A stretch of 64,000 nucleotides of DNA from Deltaproteobacteria bacterium (GCA_947477565.1 CANJUR010000008.1:14265-78264), one strand, 5' to 3'. Shown: positions 8,970 through 20,641, counted from the stretch's first letter. Notes: generated from the sequence alone by a model not told the origin. Numbers and translations: made by a program.

Positions 8970-11300
8970 ATGATCTCCCCTCCCCCGCGCGTCGCGGTCG
9001 TTGTCTCCGCGTTTGTCCTCGCCGCGGTGTGCGCTTTCGCGGTCGTGGTTGTCCGTCGGGGCGGCGGGGGTTACGTGCCTCCGCCTGGTCGGTGCGAGGT
9101 GTCCTCCACCCGAGCGTTGACCTCCGAGGCCAGCGACCGCCTCGTCGGATTGACCTCGTTCGAAGGCAACCTCTGGGCGCTCGCAATGCGGCACACGGCC
9201 ACAGGCACCGTGGGTCAGCTCGTACGTTCTGCCTCCGGGCGCTCGGCACCGGTGACTGTAGCGACCACGCCGCTCGCCGATCCGGGCGCTGTCGCCGGCC
9301 CGGTGGTGTCGCGCCGCAGTGTCGGGTTCGTAAGCGCCACGGGCTCCGCGGTGCGGGCGACCCTGTTTGACGGCCACGTTGCACGCACCTCGGAACTGCC
9401 CCACGGAGAGCAGCCACCGGGGCGCGACGAACGGTCCCTCCGCCTCGCGCTCGACACCGAGGCCGACGGATCGCTCACCGTCGCGGCGCACTGGGGTGGA
9501 GTTTTCGGAACGCGACGACTCCACCAACGAGACACGCGCGAGAGCCCTGGGCTCGGTCCCGTGCGACGTGACCGGTTCGACGCGCCCGCGCTCGCCGTCC
9601 TGGGTGATGCGGTCGTGCTCCTACAGGAGCACCACGTGGGCAACTTCGTCGATGACACCCTCACCGGCCGAAGCGTCGATGCACTGGCCTTTCCTGCGGC
9701 GCCGTTTGATCCAGCGATCTCCCGCGCCACGGTGCTCACGAATTCCGCCACGGCTGGCGATGCGCGTCTCGCGGTCACGGCGACCGCCGCCGTCACCCTG
9801 TGGCGGGACGGCGTCCGCCTCCTCGCGACGCGCCTGGACGTGTCCCCGACCGAACTCGTCGCCCTCGCGCCACCGATCGAGGTGGTCGTCGGGGCTGGCC
9901 CCCACCATGACCTCGCGGCCGCCACGACCTGCGCGCTGGCAGTGTGGGACCACGACGGCGCAATCGTCGCGAAGGGTATCAACCTTGCGGGTTCAGGCTT
10001 CGTCGCGGCTACGGAATCGACCGCGCACGCGTCGGCTGCCATAGGGGATCTCCGCGTAGCCCGGGTAGGCGAAGGCTTCGTCATCGTCGCCATCGGGAGC
10101 GGCTCGATGCAGGGATGGCGCGTGGCGGTGGATGCTACCTGTGCGCCGTCCCTGACGCCGTTGGCACTGCCCCCGATGCGGGCACCGCAGACGGGTCTAC
10201 GGTTGATCGCCGTGTCGGGCGACGCGACCGGAGCAACGGTTCTGACCACCCGCGATCCGGTGGACGCGGCCAGCACACTGGTCACACGGTTGGAGATCGA
10301 TGCCGGCTTCGCGATCGGGACGCCGGTGTCGGAGCAGATCGCGCAGCCGGTGAGCGTCGGCACCCGGCAAGACGCCCGCATAGCCCTCGTCGGTGGCCCG
10401 GTTCGCGGAACGGTTCGCGTGCAGCGCCTCGGAGACTCGGATGACGATGACGAGCCCGGCGAGGACATCCTCCTGCGATTCGCCCGCGGCGAGCGCCTCG
10501 CCCTCGTCGCGAGTACGGTGCGGCACCGGATCTGGATCGCCGACCGCAGCGACGCGCGCTCCAACGGCTTCCATGCACCGCACTCGCTGGTTCTGCACTC
10601 GGTCATCGACACTCTGGAAGACGGTCCCCGCACGGAGGTCGCGACCTCGATGGCCCCAGAGGCGGCCTTCTCGTCCATTGCGCTGCATCGCCTCGAAGCG
10701 ACAGAGGTAGGCCGCCCTACGTGGGCCCTCGTCACTGCACCCGACCCGTCGGCGTCCCCTGCGCTTGAGGGCGCCTGGGCGTTTCTCTTCGATGGCGCCG
10801 ATCGACCCATCACTCGGCGTGTCGTCGATGGTAGCCCGTGGCCCAATGCAGCACCTCTCCTGCCGCTCGCCCTGCGCTCCCCTCATGACCACGTCGCAGC
10901 GGTCGTGTGGCGCGGCCCGGTGCTCGCTGCCATCGTCACGGGTCCGCGGGCCGGCGTGCGCCTCGTCACGGGAGATCCTTTCAGCGAGTCCCTGCGTGAC
11001 GTGCCCCTCGGGGCGACGGTTCCGACGATGGTGCGAGGCGCGACGGTGCTCCCATCGCAAGACGGCTGGATCGTCTTCTGGCTCGACGTGACCCACGCTG
11101 CCCCCACCCTCCACGATCGCCGTTTCGACATCCACGGCCGGGCGATCGGGGCGCCGGACAAGTTGGGTGAGTTTCTCCGGCTCGACGAGCAGGCCCTCAA
11201 CAGTGGGCTCGCGGCCACCAATTTGGCTCGCGATGAGTTCGCTGTAGCGATCCCGACCCCGCACGGAGTCAGGGTCGCGGAGGTTCGTTGTTCGCGCTAA
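8970..11300 (+). CDS. membrane-anchored hypothetical protein with large extracytoplasmic domain
   Basis: ATG at 8970 gives MISPPPRVAVVVSAFVLAAVCAFAVVVV, an N-terminal TM anchor. GC3 bias is high throughout. Recurring short 'hhhhW' strands occur (TVAAHW, AVTLWRD, ALAVWDHDG, AAVVWRG, IVFWLD). No family recognised. Confidence 0.65.
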   Translation: MISPPPRVAVVVSAFVLAAVCAFAVVVVRRGGGGYVPPPGRCEVSSTRALTSEASDRLVGLTSFEGNLWALAMRHTATGTVGQLVRSASGRSAPVTVATTPLADPGAVAGPVVSRRSVGFVSATGSAVRATLFDGHVARTSELPHGEQPPGRDERSLRLALDTEADGSLTVAAHWGGVFGTRRLHQRDTRESPGLGPVRRDRFDAPALAVLGDAVVLLQEHHVGNFVDDTLTGRSVDALAFPAAPFDPAISRATVLTNSATAGDARLAVTATAAVTLWRDGVRLLATRLDVSPTELVALAPPIEVVVGAGPHHDLAAATTCALAVWDHDGAIVAKGINLAGSGFVAATESTAHASAAIGDLRVARVGEGFVIVAIGSGSMQGWRVAVDATCAPSLTPLALPPMRAPQTGLRLIAVSGDATGATVLTTRDPVDAASTLVTRLEIDAGFAIGTPVSEQIAQPVSVGTRQDARIALVGGPVRGTVRVQRLGDSDDDDEPGEDILLRFARGERLALVASTVRHRIWIADRSDARSNGFHAPHSLVLHSVIDTLEDGPRTEVATSMAPEAAFSSIALHRLEATEVGRPTWALVTAPDPSASPALEGAWAFLFDGADRPITRRVVDGSPWPNAAPLLPLALRSPHDHVAAVVWRGPVLAAIVTGPRAGVRLVTGDPFSESLRDVPLGATVPTMVRGATVLPSQDGWIVFWLDVTHAAPTLHDRRFDIHGRAIGAPDKLGEFLRLDEQALNSGLAATNLARDEFAVAIPTPHGVRVAEVRCSR

Positions 11301-11438
11301 GAATCGATGCGTCGTCGATCCCTTTGGGCAGCGGGGCCGTTCGCTTGCGAGCGGCGAAGCTCTCACGGCAAATCTCCGCTCGACAGTGCTTGATTGATTG
11401 CTGTCTGTAACCGTCACCGGAGGCTCCCCATCAAGAGG

Positions 11439-11818
11439 GTGCTGGTCGTGGAAGACGATGCCAATGAGCGCTTCACGCTCATGCGTGTGTTGAAGTGAGT
11501 CGGCGATTCAGTGATCGCCGTCTCGAACGCTAAACAGACGCTCGCTTCGCGCTCCCTGGGCAACGGTTTCACGCGGTAGTGAGCGACGTGATGATGCCCG
11601 AGACAGACGGCGTCTCTCTTGCTCGCGACACCGCCGAGCGCGCCCCGGGGACACCGATCATCCTGGTGAGCGCACTTCATCTGGCGCCACGTCAGGTGGA
11701 ACGCATGCGCATCGCGACGCTGCACTGCATGGACAAGCCACTCGACCTGCCGAAGCTGATTGCGATGCTGGAGTCACCGAGTGAATCGCCGGCCGAGCGA
11801 TGGATGTATTCTTTGTAA
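11439..11818 (+). pseudogene. disrupted single-domain (CheY-like) response regulator
   Basis: GGAGG at 11419-11423 is followed by a GTG at 11439. The translation (M)LVVEDDANERFTLMRVLK meets an in-frame TGA at 11496-11498. The same frame continues VGDSVIAVSNAKQTLASRSLGNGF. A 1-nt frame change near 11562-11570 then leads into FHAVVSDVMMPETDG...ILVSA...MDKPLD (track ORF 11579-11818). All receiver hallmark residues are present, split over three segments. Confidence 0.55.
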
Positions 11819-11853
11819 GAGGCGCTGGTGTCGGCCAAAGAGCCGCCCCCACG

Positions 11854-11895
11854 GCTGACCCATCGGTCAGCGTGAGGGCCGCGCCGAAGGGCGCG
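11854..11895. terminator. two GC-rich hairpins between convergent genes (candidate bidirectional terminators)
   Basis: GCTGACC-catc-GGTCAGC lies at 11854-11871 and CGCGCC-gaag-GGCGCG at 11880-11895. The second sits immediately 3' of the rpoD stop (11900-11902). Neither has a U-tract. Confidence 0.35.
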
Positions 11896-11899
11896 CGCG

Positions 11900-13774
<1,875 letters not shown>

Positions 13775-13866
13775 CGAACGGCTCCTCCGCGCCGCAATAA
13801 TCGGCCGCGCTGTCTGTACGATCTGTCCGCCCCCGTCAAATGAACCATCATCAACCCTCACCCTGC

Positions 13867-15762
13867 CTAAGTGCCGTCACGGCGCTTCCGTACGAGGTCG
13901 CGCTTCATGTTCAGTTGTTCGTTCAGGGTCTGCTCTTCCCCTTTGGGATCGCCCTGCATTCCAGCCCGCGCGCTCTGCTGCTTCAGGACACGGGCAGCGT
14001 CTCGCACCCGCAGTCGCCCCAACGTCGCCACCGCATCCACGATCGAGGTCCTGCATTTCTCCTTCAAACTGCCGTCTTCGTCGGTGTTTGGCACCAGACG
14101 CTGAGCCATCCAGTGTCGGGTTCGGTCGTTGGGACAAAGCTCAAGAAGAGACGGCGCATCCAGCCTTTGCTGGGTCACCCACTGCTCCCGCGCAGACTGA
14201 ACGAACGGCTTGAGCCCGTCATCGATCATTGCGCAGAACTCCTCCACTTCCGGGCGCTCGAGTAATTCTGGGCAGAGCAGCAGTGACTCCAGCCCGCTCG
14301 CGATCGCCCGCCGGGTCATCAGCGGAACATCCTCGTTGGCATCATCCGGCCCCGTAAGACCCGCGCGAAGACGCACCTCCCCTGCCGCGAAGGGAGAAGC
14401 CTTCGCTGCCTGAGCGGCCTGCGCCTGGTACTCACGAATCGCCCGCACCACGAGGTGCTCCTCGAGGTAGAGCGCCTTCGCGGCGAGCCGCACGTAGACC
14501 TCCCGCTCAATACCGTCGCGCACGTCAGCGATCACCGGCGCGAGCGCCCGCGCCGCAGCCACCCGCTCCGGGGCGTTGTCCCCGGTGTGCAGGGCCACGT
14601 CTTTGATCAGCCACTCGACCACGCTCGGTGCGCTCGCAAGCACCGCAGTCATCCCCGGGAGGCCTTTACCTTCCTCTGTATTCCGAAGGTATCCGTCCGG
14701 GTCGGTCTTCGGCGGAAGCACCCCGACGCGCGCGACCAGACCCGCCTTCGCACAGACCGAGTGCGACGCCCGCGCAGCCTTGCGCCCCGCTTCGTCCCCG
14801 TCGAACACCAGCACTACGCTCTCCGCGAATCGTCGGAGCAGCTTCGCCTGCGCCTCGGTGAAGCTCGTACCCAACGGCGCAACGGTCTCGGTAAACCCAT
14901 GCTGGTGCATCTGCACCACGTCGAAGTTGCCCTCGACCAGGATCGCCTCGGCTTTCTGCCGCATCGAGGTGCGCGCGACCCCGAGCCCGTAGAGCAGCTC
15001 AGACTTCTTGTAGAGAGGCGTCTCCGGGCTGTTGATGTACTTCCCTGCGTCCTCCGGGACGAGCCCCTCGGGCATGTCTTCGGTGACCGGCAGCACCCGC
15101 CCAGAAAAGGCAACCACACGACCCGCTCGGTCAACCACAGGGAACATCAGTCGGTGCCGAAACCGGTCGTACCAGCCGCCGTTGCGCCCCGGCATGAACA
15201 GCCCTGCAAGCTCGGCATCCGCTGGCGAGACCCGCTGCGCCTTCAGGTGCTCGGTGAGCCCGTCCCAGCGAGCCGGTGCGTACCCGAGCCGGAAGCGCGT
15301 CGCGATCTCGTCGTTGATGCCACGCTCGCTGAGCGCGCCGCGGGCTAGTTCGCTGTAGGGCGCGTCGAGGAGACAACGCTCGAAGTACGCCGCGGCAAAC
15401 TCACATGCCGAAACGAGGCGCTCGCACACATCGCGTTGCCGACGGTCCTCGGCGATGCGCTCCGGGTCGCGGGTCTCTGGAAGCTCGACTCCGGCCTTCT
15501 CCGCGAGCGCTCGAAGAGCCTCGACGAAGTTGACCCCCTCGATCTGTTCATAAAAGCGGAGCGCGTCTCCCGAGGCCTTGCAGCCGAAACAAAAGTAGAA
15601 ACCGCGCTCGGCGCTGACGTTGAAGCTCGGCGTCCGCTCCTCGTGGAAGGGACAGCGCGCGATCCAATTCATGCCCGCACGACGCAGGGGCATGTACTGG
15701 CCGACGAGTTCTACCAGGTCGGTCCGCTGCCGGACCTGGTCGACGACGCTGCGATCGATCAC
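13867..15762 (-). CDS. dnaG: DNA primase
   Basis: Zinc-ribbon [25 protein letters not shown], a TOPRIM region ([10 protein letters not shown]...[13 protein letters not shown]), and the classic dnaG-rpoD gene order. Confidence 0.95.
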   Translation of the reverse strand: MIDRSVVDQVRQRTDLVELVGQYMPLRRAGMNWIARCPFHEERTPSFNVSAERGFYFCFGCKASGDALRFYEQIEGVNFVEALRALAEKAGVELPETRDPERIAEDRRQRDVCERLVSACEFAAAYFERCLLDAPYSELARGALSERGINDEIATRFRLGYAPARWDGLTEHLKAQRVSPADAELAGLFMPGRNGGWYDRFRHRLMFPVVDRAGRVVAFSGRVLPVTEDMPEGLVPEDAGKYINSPETPLYKKSELLYGLGVARTSMRQKAEAILVEGNFDVVQMHQHGFTETVAPLGTSFTEAQAKLLRRFAESVVLVFDGDEAGRKAARASHSVCAKAGLVARVGVLPPKTDPDGYLRNTEEGKGLPGMTAVLASAPSVVEWLIKDVALHTGDNAPERVAAARALAPVIADVRDGIEREVYVRLAAKALYLEEHLVVRAIREYQAQAAQAAKASPFAAGEVRLRAGLTGPDDANEDVPLMTRRAIASGLESLLLCPELLERPEVEEFCAMIDDGLKPFVQSAREQWVTQQRLDAPSLLELCPNDRTRHWMAQRLVPNTDEDGSLKEKCRTSIVDAVATLGRLRVRDAARVLKQQSARAGMQGDPKGEEQTLNEQLNMKRDLVRKRRDGT

Positions 15763-15976
15763 TCCGCTGTCGCCTCGCGCTGAATGGGAAAATGCTCGGT
15801 CTCAGGAATACCCTGCCCGGTGAGCGCACAGTGCGTAGCTTGCCCCTCCGTATGGGTCAAGAAGCTCACCAATAGAATCAACTGCCAGATTTCTCGGGAG
15901 ATCCCGCGCACCTGCGAGGGATCGCGTTCTGCAAGACAAAGGCCATCGGGGGTCGTGATAGGCCCTTCTCGCAACC

Positions 15977-16552
15977 ATGTTGTTTCACCCTCGCCCCTTC
16001 CAACTCGCCGCACTCGGCCTCGCCGCGGTGGTGCTGCCGCTCGCAGTCGCCGCCGATCCGTGGCCGGCCCTGACGATTCCTCCGGAGAACGCTCGGACGT
16101 TGCGAGCGCCGCCACGTCGGCCGCCGCCGGGAGACGTGGGCACCCGCGCGCAGCTGCTCGTCGATGCTCTCCGCACTGGAGAGTCCACCGACGTGCAGCG
16201 GGCCGAGGGGTTTTTCCTGCCGCGCGAGCCCTTCCTGGCAATCAAGGACATGTCCGGCGCTGCGGGCTACTTCGCCACCCTGGTGCGCTGGTTTCGCCGC
16301 GACCTTCTCACCGAACGCGCGCGGCGACGCGACTGGACGGGCGCTCGCTTCGAGAGCTTCGAACTCTCCCGGGCGTGCACCTGGATGACCGTCGGGCGCG
16401 AAGCAAACCGACTGCCGTACTGGAGCTGCTACCGGTCTGCGCTGAGAGTATCCGTCGGCGGACGGTCCGAGCGCGTCGAGGTGCGGGTGATGATCCATTG
16501 GGGCGATCGCTGGTATGCAACGCACCTGGGGGCGGTTCCCTCGCAACATTGA
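15977..16552 (+). CDS. secreted hypothetical protein
   Basis: Signal peptide MLFHPRPFQLAALGLAAVVLPLAVAADP and good GC3 bias. No family recognised. It is the first gene of a co-directional run (15977-18409). Confidence 0.6.
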   Translation: MLFHPRPFQLAALGLAAVVLPLAVAADPWPALTIPPENARTLRAPPRRPPPGDVGTRAQLLVDALRTGESTDVQRAEGFFLPREPFLAIKDMSGAAGYFATLVRWFRRDLLTERARRRDWTGARFESFELSRACTWMTVGREANRLPYWSCYRSALRVSVGGRSERVEVRVMIHWGDRWYATHLGAVPSQH

Positions 16553-16623
16553 GCGCCGAGACCGGGCGGCGCGCCGTCGCCTGCTGCTCGACAGCCCTCC
16601 CCGGGAGGCGCTACGACAAACTA

Positions 16624-17013
16624 ATGAGCACTCCAGACATCAAGTCGTTCGAGGATTTCTGGCCGTACTACGTCCGGGCGCACCAAAACCCGTTGACGCG
16701 CACGGTGCACGCAGTCGGCACGAGCCTCGGCGCCGCGGTGGCACTCACTGGCCTGCTGTTGGGCAGGAAATCCCTCCTCCCGGCCGGGGCAGCCATCGGG
16801 TACGGCTGCGCCTGGTATTCGCACTTTTTCATCGAAGGAAACGTGCCTGCGACGTTTGGACACCCGTTGTATTCGTTCGCCGCGGACTGGGTAATGATCT
16901 CCAAGATGCTGCGCGGCACGATGGACGCTGAGGTCGAGCGCATCACCGCGCACACCGTCACGGAGAGTTCGTCCCCCGCCAGCGCAGTCACCGGCGACGG
17001 CGTTCTCCACTGA
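16624..17013 (+). CDS. DUF962 (Mpo1-like) membrane protein
   Basis: The sequence MSTPDIKSFEDFWPYYVRAHQNPLTRTVHAVGTSLG...YSHFFIEGN resembles the DUF962 family. Only the last 129 codons of the 409-aa track ORF are used (ATG 16624). Confidence 0.7.
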   Translation: MSTPDIKSFEDFWPYYVRAHQNPLTRTVHAVGTSLGAAVALTGLLLGRKSLLPAGAAIGYGCAWYSHFFIEGNVPATFGHPLYSFAADWVMISKMLRGTMDAEVERITAHTVTESSSPASAVTGDGVLH

Positions 17014-17027
17014 ACGTCGCTGCTACT

Positions 17028-17762
17028 GTGTTGCCCCTGGATTCCCGCGCGCGCGCCCGACGTCACCTGCTCATCGCTTACATCGTCGTGAATGCCCTGG
17101 TGTTTGCGCTGTCCCGACCGGCGGCCGTGCGGCGCGACCTGCACGGGCTGATCGGCGTGGTCTTCCTGGTGGCGGCGCTGCGCGGAATCGCCTGGGACGA
17201 CGACGACACAGAGCGCTACGGCGTCCGCCTGGACGGCCTCATCCCGGGCCTCCAGGGCGACCCCCGCTCGCTCCCTCGCGCTCTGATCGAGGCCATCCCC
17301 TCGGCGCTGCGCGAACTGGGCGTCGCGGCACTCGTCGCGGCCGTCGTGCTCCCGGTCTACTCGCTCGCGTGGCCGCTCATCAATCGCCCCATCGGGCCGC
17401 GGCACCTGCCCTTTACCCACGACCCCGTAGCCACCCTCCTCGGCGAGGTCGTCGCCGTCGCGCTCACGGAAGAACTCTTCTTTCGCGGTTTCCTCCAGAC
17501 CCGCATCGCCGACGCCCTTGGGCATCCGAACTTTACCGGTACCCGTAAACCTCCCATCGCCGAGGCCGCCCGCGTGTTGGCGATCACCTCCGCCTTCTTC
17601 GCCCTCACTCACGTCATCGCCGAACCCGGCCTCGGGCGCGCCGCGGTCTTCTTTCCGAGTCTCCTCTTTGGCGCGGTTCGCATCGGGCGCGGCGGAATCG
17701 GCGCAGCGGTGGCCCTCCACGCGATCTTCAACGTCTTCGAGCGCTACCTCGAGGGTCGGTGA
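17028..17762 (+). CDS. CPBP family intramembrane glutamic endopeptidase (CAAX protease-like)
   Basis: Three family motifs are present: TEELFFRGF, FFALTHV and LHAIFNV. The protein is multi-pass hydrophobic and has a GTG start. Confidence 0.8.
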   Translation: MLPLDSRARARRHLLIAYIVVNALVFALSRPAAVRRDLHGLIGVVFLVAALRGIAWDDDDTERYGVRLDGLIPGLQGDPRSLPRALIEAIPSALRELGVAALVAAVVLPVYSLAWPLINRPIGPRHLPFTHDPVATLLGEVVAVALTEELFFRGFLQTRIADALGHPNFTGTRKPPIAEAARVLAITSAFFALTHVIAEPGLGRAAVFFPSLLFGAVRIGRGGIGAAVALHAIFNVFERYLEGR

Positions 17763-18409
17763 AGACCGCCGCGCTCTTCGACATGGACCACACCCTGGTC
17801 GGCGCCAACAGTGCGCTGCTCTACGTGAAGTGGCTTCGCGACCGCGGGGAGGCACGCCGCCGAGACGCCGCGCTCTTCGGTTGGTGGTTCGTCCGCTATA
17901 TGGCCGGGTCGCTCGACGCGGCCGGCATCGCCCGCACCGTCGCGCAACCGCTCGCCGGGCGAGACGCCGCGCGCTTCATCCGCGAGGTGGAGGATTGGTC
18001 CGCCGCGGAGGTGGTGCCGTTCATCTCCGCGCGCGCGCGCTCGGTGGTGGCATCGCGGCAAGCACGTGGGGACCTCTGCGCCGTGCTGACAAGCTCGACC
18101 GCCTACGCAGCGAAGCCCGTCGCCGATGCACTGGGCATCGACCACATTCTGGCATCACGCCTCGTCGCCGCGGACGGCAAACTCACCGGCGCCATCGAAG
18201 AGCCGCTCTGTTTCGGCGCGGCGAAAGTCATCGTCGCCAGGCACTGGGCGCGCAAACACGACGTCGACCTCACGCGCAGCGCGTTCTTTTCAGACTCGAT
18301 CACCGATCTGCCGATGCTCGACGCGGTGGGCGAGCCCGTGGTGGTCAACCCCGACCCGCGACTCCGATGGACCGCATGGCGACGGGGTTGGCCGGTAGAG
18401 CGCTGGTAG
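17759..18409 (+). CDS. HAD-IB family hydrolase (SerB-like phosphatase)
   Basis: FDMDHTL (DxDxT motif I), a C-terminal DSITDLPML...VVVNPD, and a GTGA start/stop overlap with the CPBP gene. Confidence 0.8.
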   Translation: MKTAALFDMDHTLVGANSALLYVKWLRDRGEARRRDAALFGWWFVRYMAGSLDAAGIARTVAQPLAGRDAARFIREVEDWSAAEVVPFISARARSVVASRQARGDLCAVLTSSTAYAAKPVADALGIDHILASRLVAADGKLTGAIEEPLCFGAAKVIVARHWARKHDVDLTRSAFFSDSITDLPMLDAVGEPVVVNPDPRLRWTAWRRGWPVERW

Positions 18410-18686
18410 GCTTCGCGCGCCTCGCGCCGGTCGGTCGTTCGAGCACCGACCGCACGCTCGGGTCGAGGCCGTCGAGTTCCCAGGTCATCCTGCGCAGCAC
18501 CCCGGCAAGCACCTCGATCTGCGCGTCGACGGACCCGCGCTCGTCCACAAGCACCGTCGGCGCGCCCTTCAAAACGCAGTAGCCGCCCGCGGAGGTTCCG
18601 CGGCTCATCGCCTCTTTGCGCACCGTGATGCCGCGGGAATGTGCCAACGACACCAACGCTTCGACCAACGCCTTGCCTCGCATCAC
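18345..18686 (-). CDS. hypothetical protein
   Basis: 113-aa ORF with high GC3 bias (MMRGKALVEALVSLAHSRGITVRKE...GGYCVLKGAPTVLVDERGSVDAQIEVLAGVL). No family assigned. Its 3' end overlaps the convergent HAD gene by 65 nt. Confidence 0.45.
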   Translation of the reverse strand: MMRGKALVEALVSLAHSRGITVRKEAMSRGTSAGGYCVLKGAPTVLVDERGSVDAQIEVLAGVLRRMTWELDGLDPSVRSVLERPTGARRAKPTSALPANPVAMRSIGVAGRG

Positions 18687-18769
18687 TCGGGAGAATGCCT
18701 CGACTGCCCGCCCGGTGTCCCGCGGATCGTCGCGTCAGCGCCGGTGGGTTCGCTGCGCTAGCGTCGTGC

Positions 18770-19066
18770 ATGACCCGCACGAAACTGACCGACCACGAGA
18801 TCGACACCGCCCTCGCAACGCTCGCCGGATGGCACCGGGAAGGCGCGACGATCACTCGTGAATTTGCCTTCGAGAGCTACGAGGCCGGCGTCGCGTTTGC
18901 CGTGCAGACGGCCCTCCACGCGCAGCGCATCGACCACCACCCGGACCTGTTGATCACCTGGCGACGGGTCACCGTGACGTGGTCCACCCACGATGCGAGT
19001 GGCGTCACCCGGCGCGACCTCGAGGCCGCCGCAGACGTCTCCCGCTTCGCTCTCGCACAGACCTGA
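18770..19066 (+). CDS. phhB: pterin-4-alpha-carbinolamine dehydratase
   Basis: The sequence LTDHEIDTALATLAGWHREGATITREFAFESYEAGVAFAVQTALHAQRIDHHPDLLITWRRVTVTWSTH carries the DHHPD core motif. The start is at the internal ATG 18770 of the 141-aa track ORF. Confidence 0.85.
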   Translation: MTRTKLTDHEIDTALATLAGWHREGATITREFAFESYEAGVAFAVQTALHAQRIDHHPDLLITWRRVTVTWSTHDASGVTRRDLEAAADVSRFALAQT

Positions 19067-19227
19067 GAGCTCCGCCGACAATCGGGCCCGTTCCCCCCAC
19101 CGCTGCTGCGAGGAACTCCACCTCCTGCCGACCCGCGCCCTAAGGTCTTTTCAGACGACGCGCCCACGGCCTTTCCCACGGAAGCGCCTTCCCTTTCGCG
19201 CGTCACAGCCCGCTGGAGAGCCGCTCC

Positions 19228-19539
19228 ATGTCCAATCGTCACCGGGACGTCATTCGTCCGCCCATCGCCACACTCCCGGTGCGCACGGACCCCCGCGTCG
19301 AGCCCGAAACCCAGAGCGCCCGAGAGGTGCAGATGTCCTGCCTCGCGCGCATCGCCCTCACCCGCCGCATCGTGGCGATCGAGCCCGACGAGCGCCCGGT
19401 CATGCTCGCGCCGCGTCCTCGCCCGGACTTCGCCCGACCGCCCGTACGCCCGCCCGTCCCCGTCGCCGACCGCGGCGTCTGGTGCTTCCGCCCAAGCGAC
19501 GATCACGTCGAGGTCGTCGATCTCCCATTCGACGACTGA
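19228..19539 (+). CDS. hypothetical Pro/Arg-rich protein
   Basis: 103-aa ORF with clear G/C third-position bias, unlike the overlapping alternative frames. GGAGAG lies about 9 nt upstream of the ATG. No family recognised. Confidence 0.5.
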   Translation: MSNRHRDVIRPPIATLPVRTDPRVEPETQSAREVQMSCLARIALTRRIVAIEPDERPVMLAPRPRPDFARPPVRPPVPVADRGVWCFRPSDDHVEVVDLPFDD

Positions 19540-19588
19540 ACCCGTCTGCTTGACAGCCGCGCATCGTCTGCGCTGTGTTCCAGACGAA

Positions 19589-20368
19589 ATGCGCCTCTTC
19601 GATCGCTTTCCTGCGCGCTACCTCGCCCCAAACGGGGTGACCTGCATCGGCCTCGTCCTGGGCCTCCTCTCGATTCGCACATCCCTCACCGCCACCTCGC
19701 TGGTGCAACTCCAGGGCGCCGCGTGGCTCATCCTTTACGCGGTGCTGCTCGACAAGGCCGACGGCGCGATCGCACGACGCCTCAACGCCAGCAGCGAGTT
19801 CGGGGTGCAACTCGACTCCTTCTCCGACTTCGTCACCTTCGGCATCTGCCCCGCTGCGCTCATCACCCAGGTCGTCGCGATCGGCGCGCCGGAGTGGTCC
19901 CAGGGCGTCGCCCACGTCGCGCTGCTCGGCCTCGGCGCCCTCTACGTGCTCACCGCCGCCATCCGACTGGCGAAGTTCAACGTCACCACCGCCAGTGTCG
20001 GGACGCGCTTCTTCCTCGGACTCCCATCGACAAGCTCCGGCGGACTGCTCGCGTCGGCCTTCCTGGCACACCAGGCCAACAACCTCGGGACACAATCGCT
20101 CCCCGCCTTCGTCGGTTTCATGGTGCTCAACGCCGTGTTGATGGTGTGCAACCTCCCTCAGCCGAAGCTCCACATCTCGTCGCAGCCGACTCTCAAGGCG
20201 TTCCAGATGCTCGCCGTGGTCAGCGTGTACGTGCTGATCCCGCTGCACCGCGCCCCCACCTACCTGATCGCCGTGTCGGCGCTCTACACCATCGGCGGCT
20301 TCATCTACGGACTCCGCGTGACCGGCGGCAAACAGCCCAGCGACGTCGCTCCGCAGCCCTCCCACTGA
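19589..20368 (+). CDS. pssA: CDP-diacylglycerol--serine O-phosphatidyltransferase (CDP-alcohol phosphatidyltransferase family)
   Basis: The motif DGAIARRLNASSEFGVQLDSFSD matches D-G-x2-A-R-x8-G-x3-D-x3-D. The protein is multi-pass membrane. The ATG at 19589 (MRLFDRFPARYLAPNGVT) is preferred; a TTG at 19550 is an alternative start. Confidence 0.85.
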   Translation: MRLFDRFPARYLAPNGVTCIGLVLGLLSIRTSLTATSLVQLQGAAWLILYAVLLDKADGAIARRLNASSEFGVQLDSFSDFVTFGICPAALITQVVAIGAPEWSQGVAHVALLGLGALYVLTAAIRLAKFNVTTASVGTRFFLGLPSTSSGGLLASAFLAHQANNLGTQSLPAFVGFMVLNAVLMVCNLPQPKLHISSQPTLKAFQMLAVVSVYVLIPLHRAPTYLIAVSALYTIGGFIYGLRVTGGKQPSDVAPQPSH

Positions 20369-20641
20369 CACCCGCCAGGCGCCTCCCCCGCGCCTTCTGC
20401 ACCGGGCACCGTAACCCCGCTCGCTCCCGACGCATCCCAACCGTGATCGCCCGCCAGGAGCCCCGGAATATTCCGCCAGCACCCTTGCGCGAACGTGTTC
20501 ACGATACTAGAAGTTTATCCATCAGAACGAACGCGGCCTTGATCGTCTTCGATGCACATCGGTTGGAATAGCGTTCCCCTGGTGGTGCGTTCGTGGAGAT
20601 GAAGGGCCGGACTACCCGGCTGAACAAAAACGGAGTCCCCA

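Noticed and set aside
8856-9527. 224-codon N-terminal extension of the kinase ORF (track ORF 4941-9527)
   Set aside because: The extension is Arg/Gly-rich, has no kinase-related sequence and overlaps the divergent 8970-11300 gene. The kinase subdomain I Gly-rich loop follows the [13 protein letters not shown] start directly.
9215-11417. Minus-strand ORFs 9215-10846 (543 aa) and 10197-11417 (406 aa) opposite the 8970-11300 gene
   Set aside because: Their Ser/Arg/Pro-rich composition indicates a wrong frame. The + frame carries the G/C third-position bias and a TM anchor.
11496-11498. In-frame TGA in the response regulator as possible selenocysteine or programmed read-through
   Set aside because: No SECIS-like hairpin is evident immediately downstream. 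The position is not a redox-active site in receiver domains. A second lesion, the frameshift about 70 nt later, argues for decay or sequencing error.
15784-16623. 5' two-thirds of the 409-aa + ORF 15784-17013, and other long alternative frames such as 16668-17855 (-), 19400-20482 (-), 21075-22520 (+), 25051-27151 (+), 30560-32002 (-), 32217-33488 (-), 55171-57709 (+) and 60944-62647 (+)
   Set aside because: All are Arg/Pro/Gly-rich, lack recognisable motifs, and overlap frames that have strong family motifs or GC3 bias. I treat them as high-GC artefacts.
20476-20488. ccagcacccttgc resembling a sigma-54 -24/-12 element upstream of the DUF2325 gene
   Set aside because: The GG/GC spacing is about 3 nt too short relative to TGGCAC-N5-TTGC, and the -24 GG is replaced by AG.
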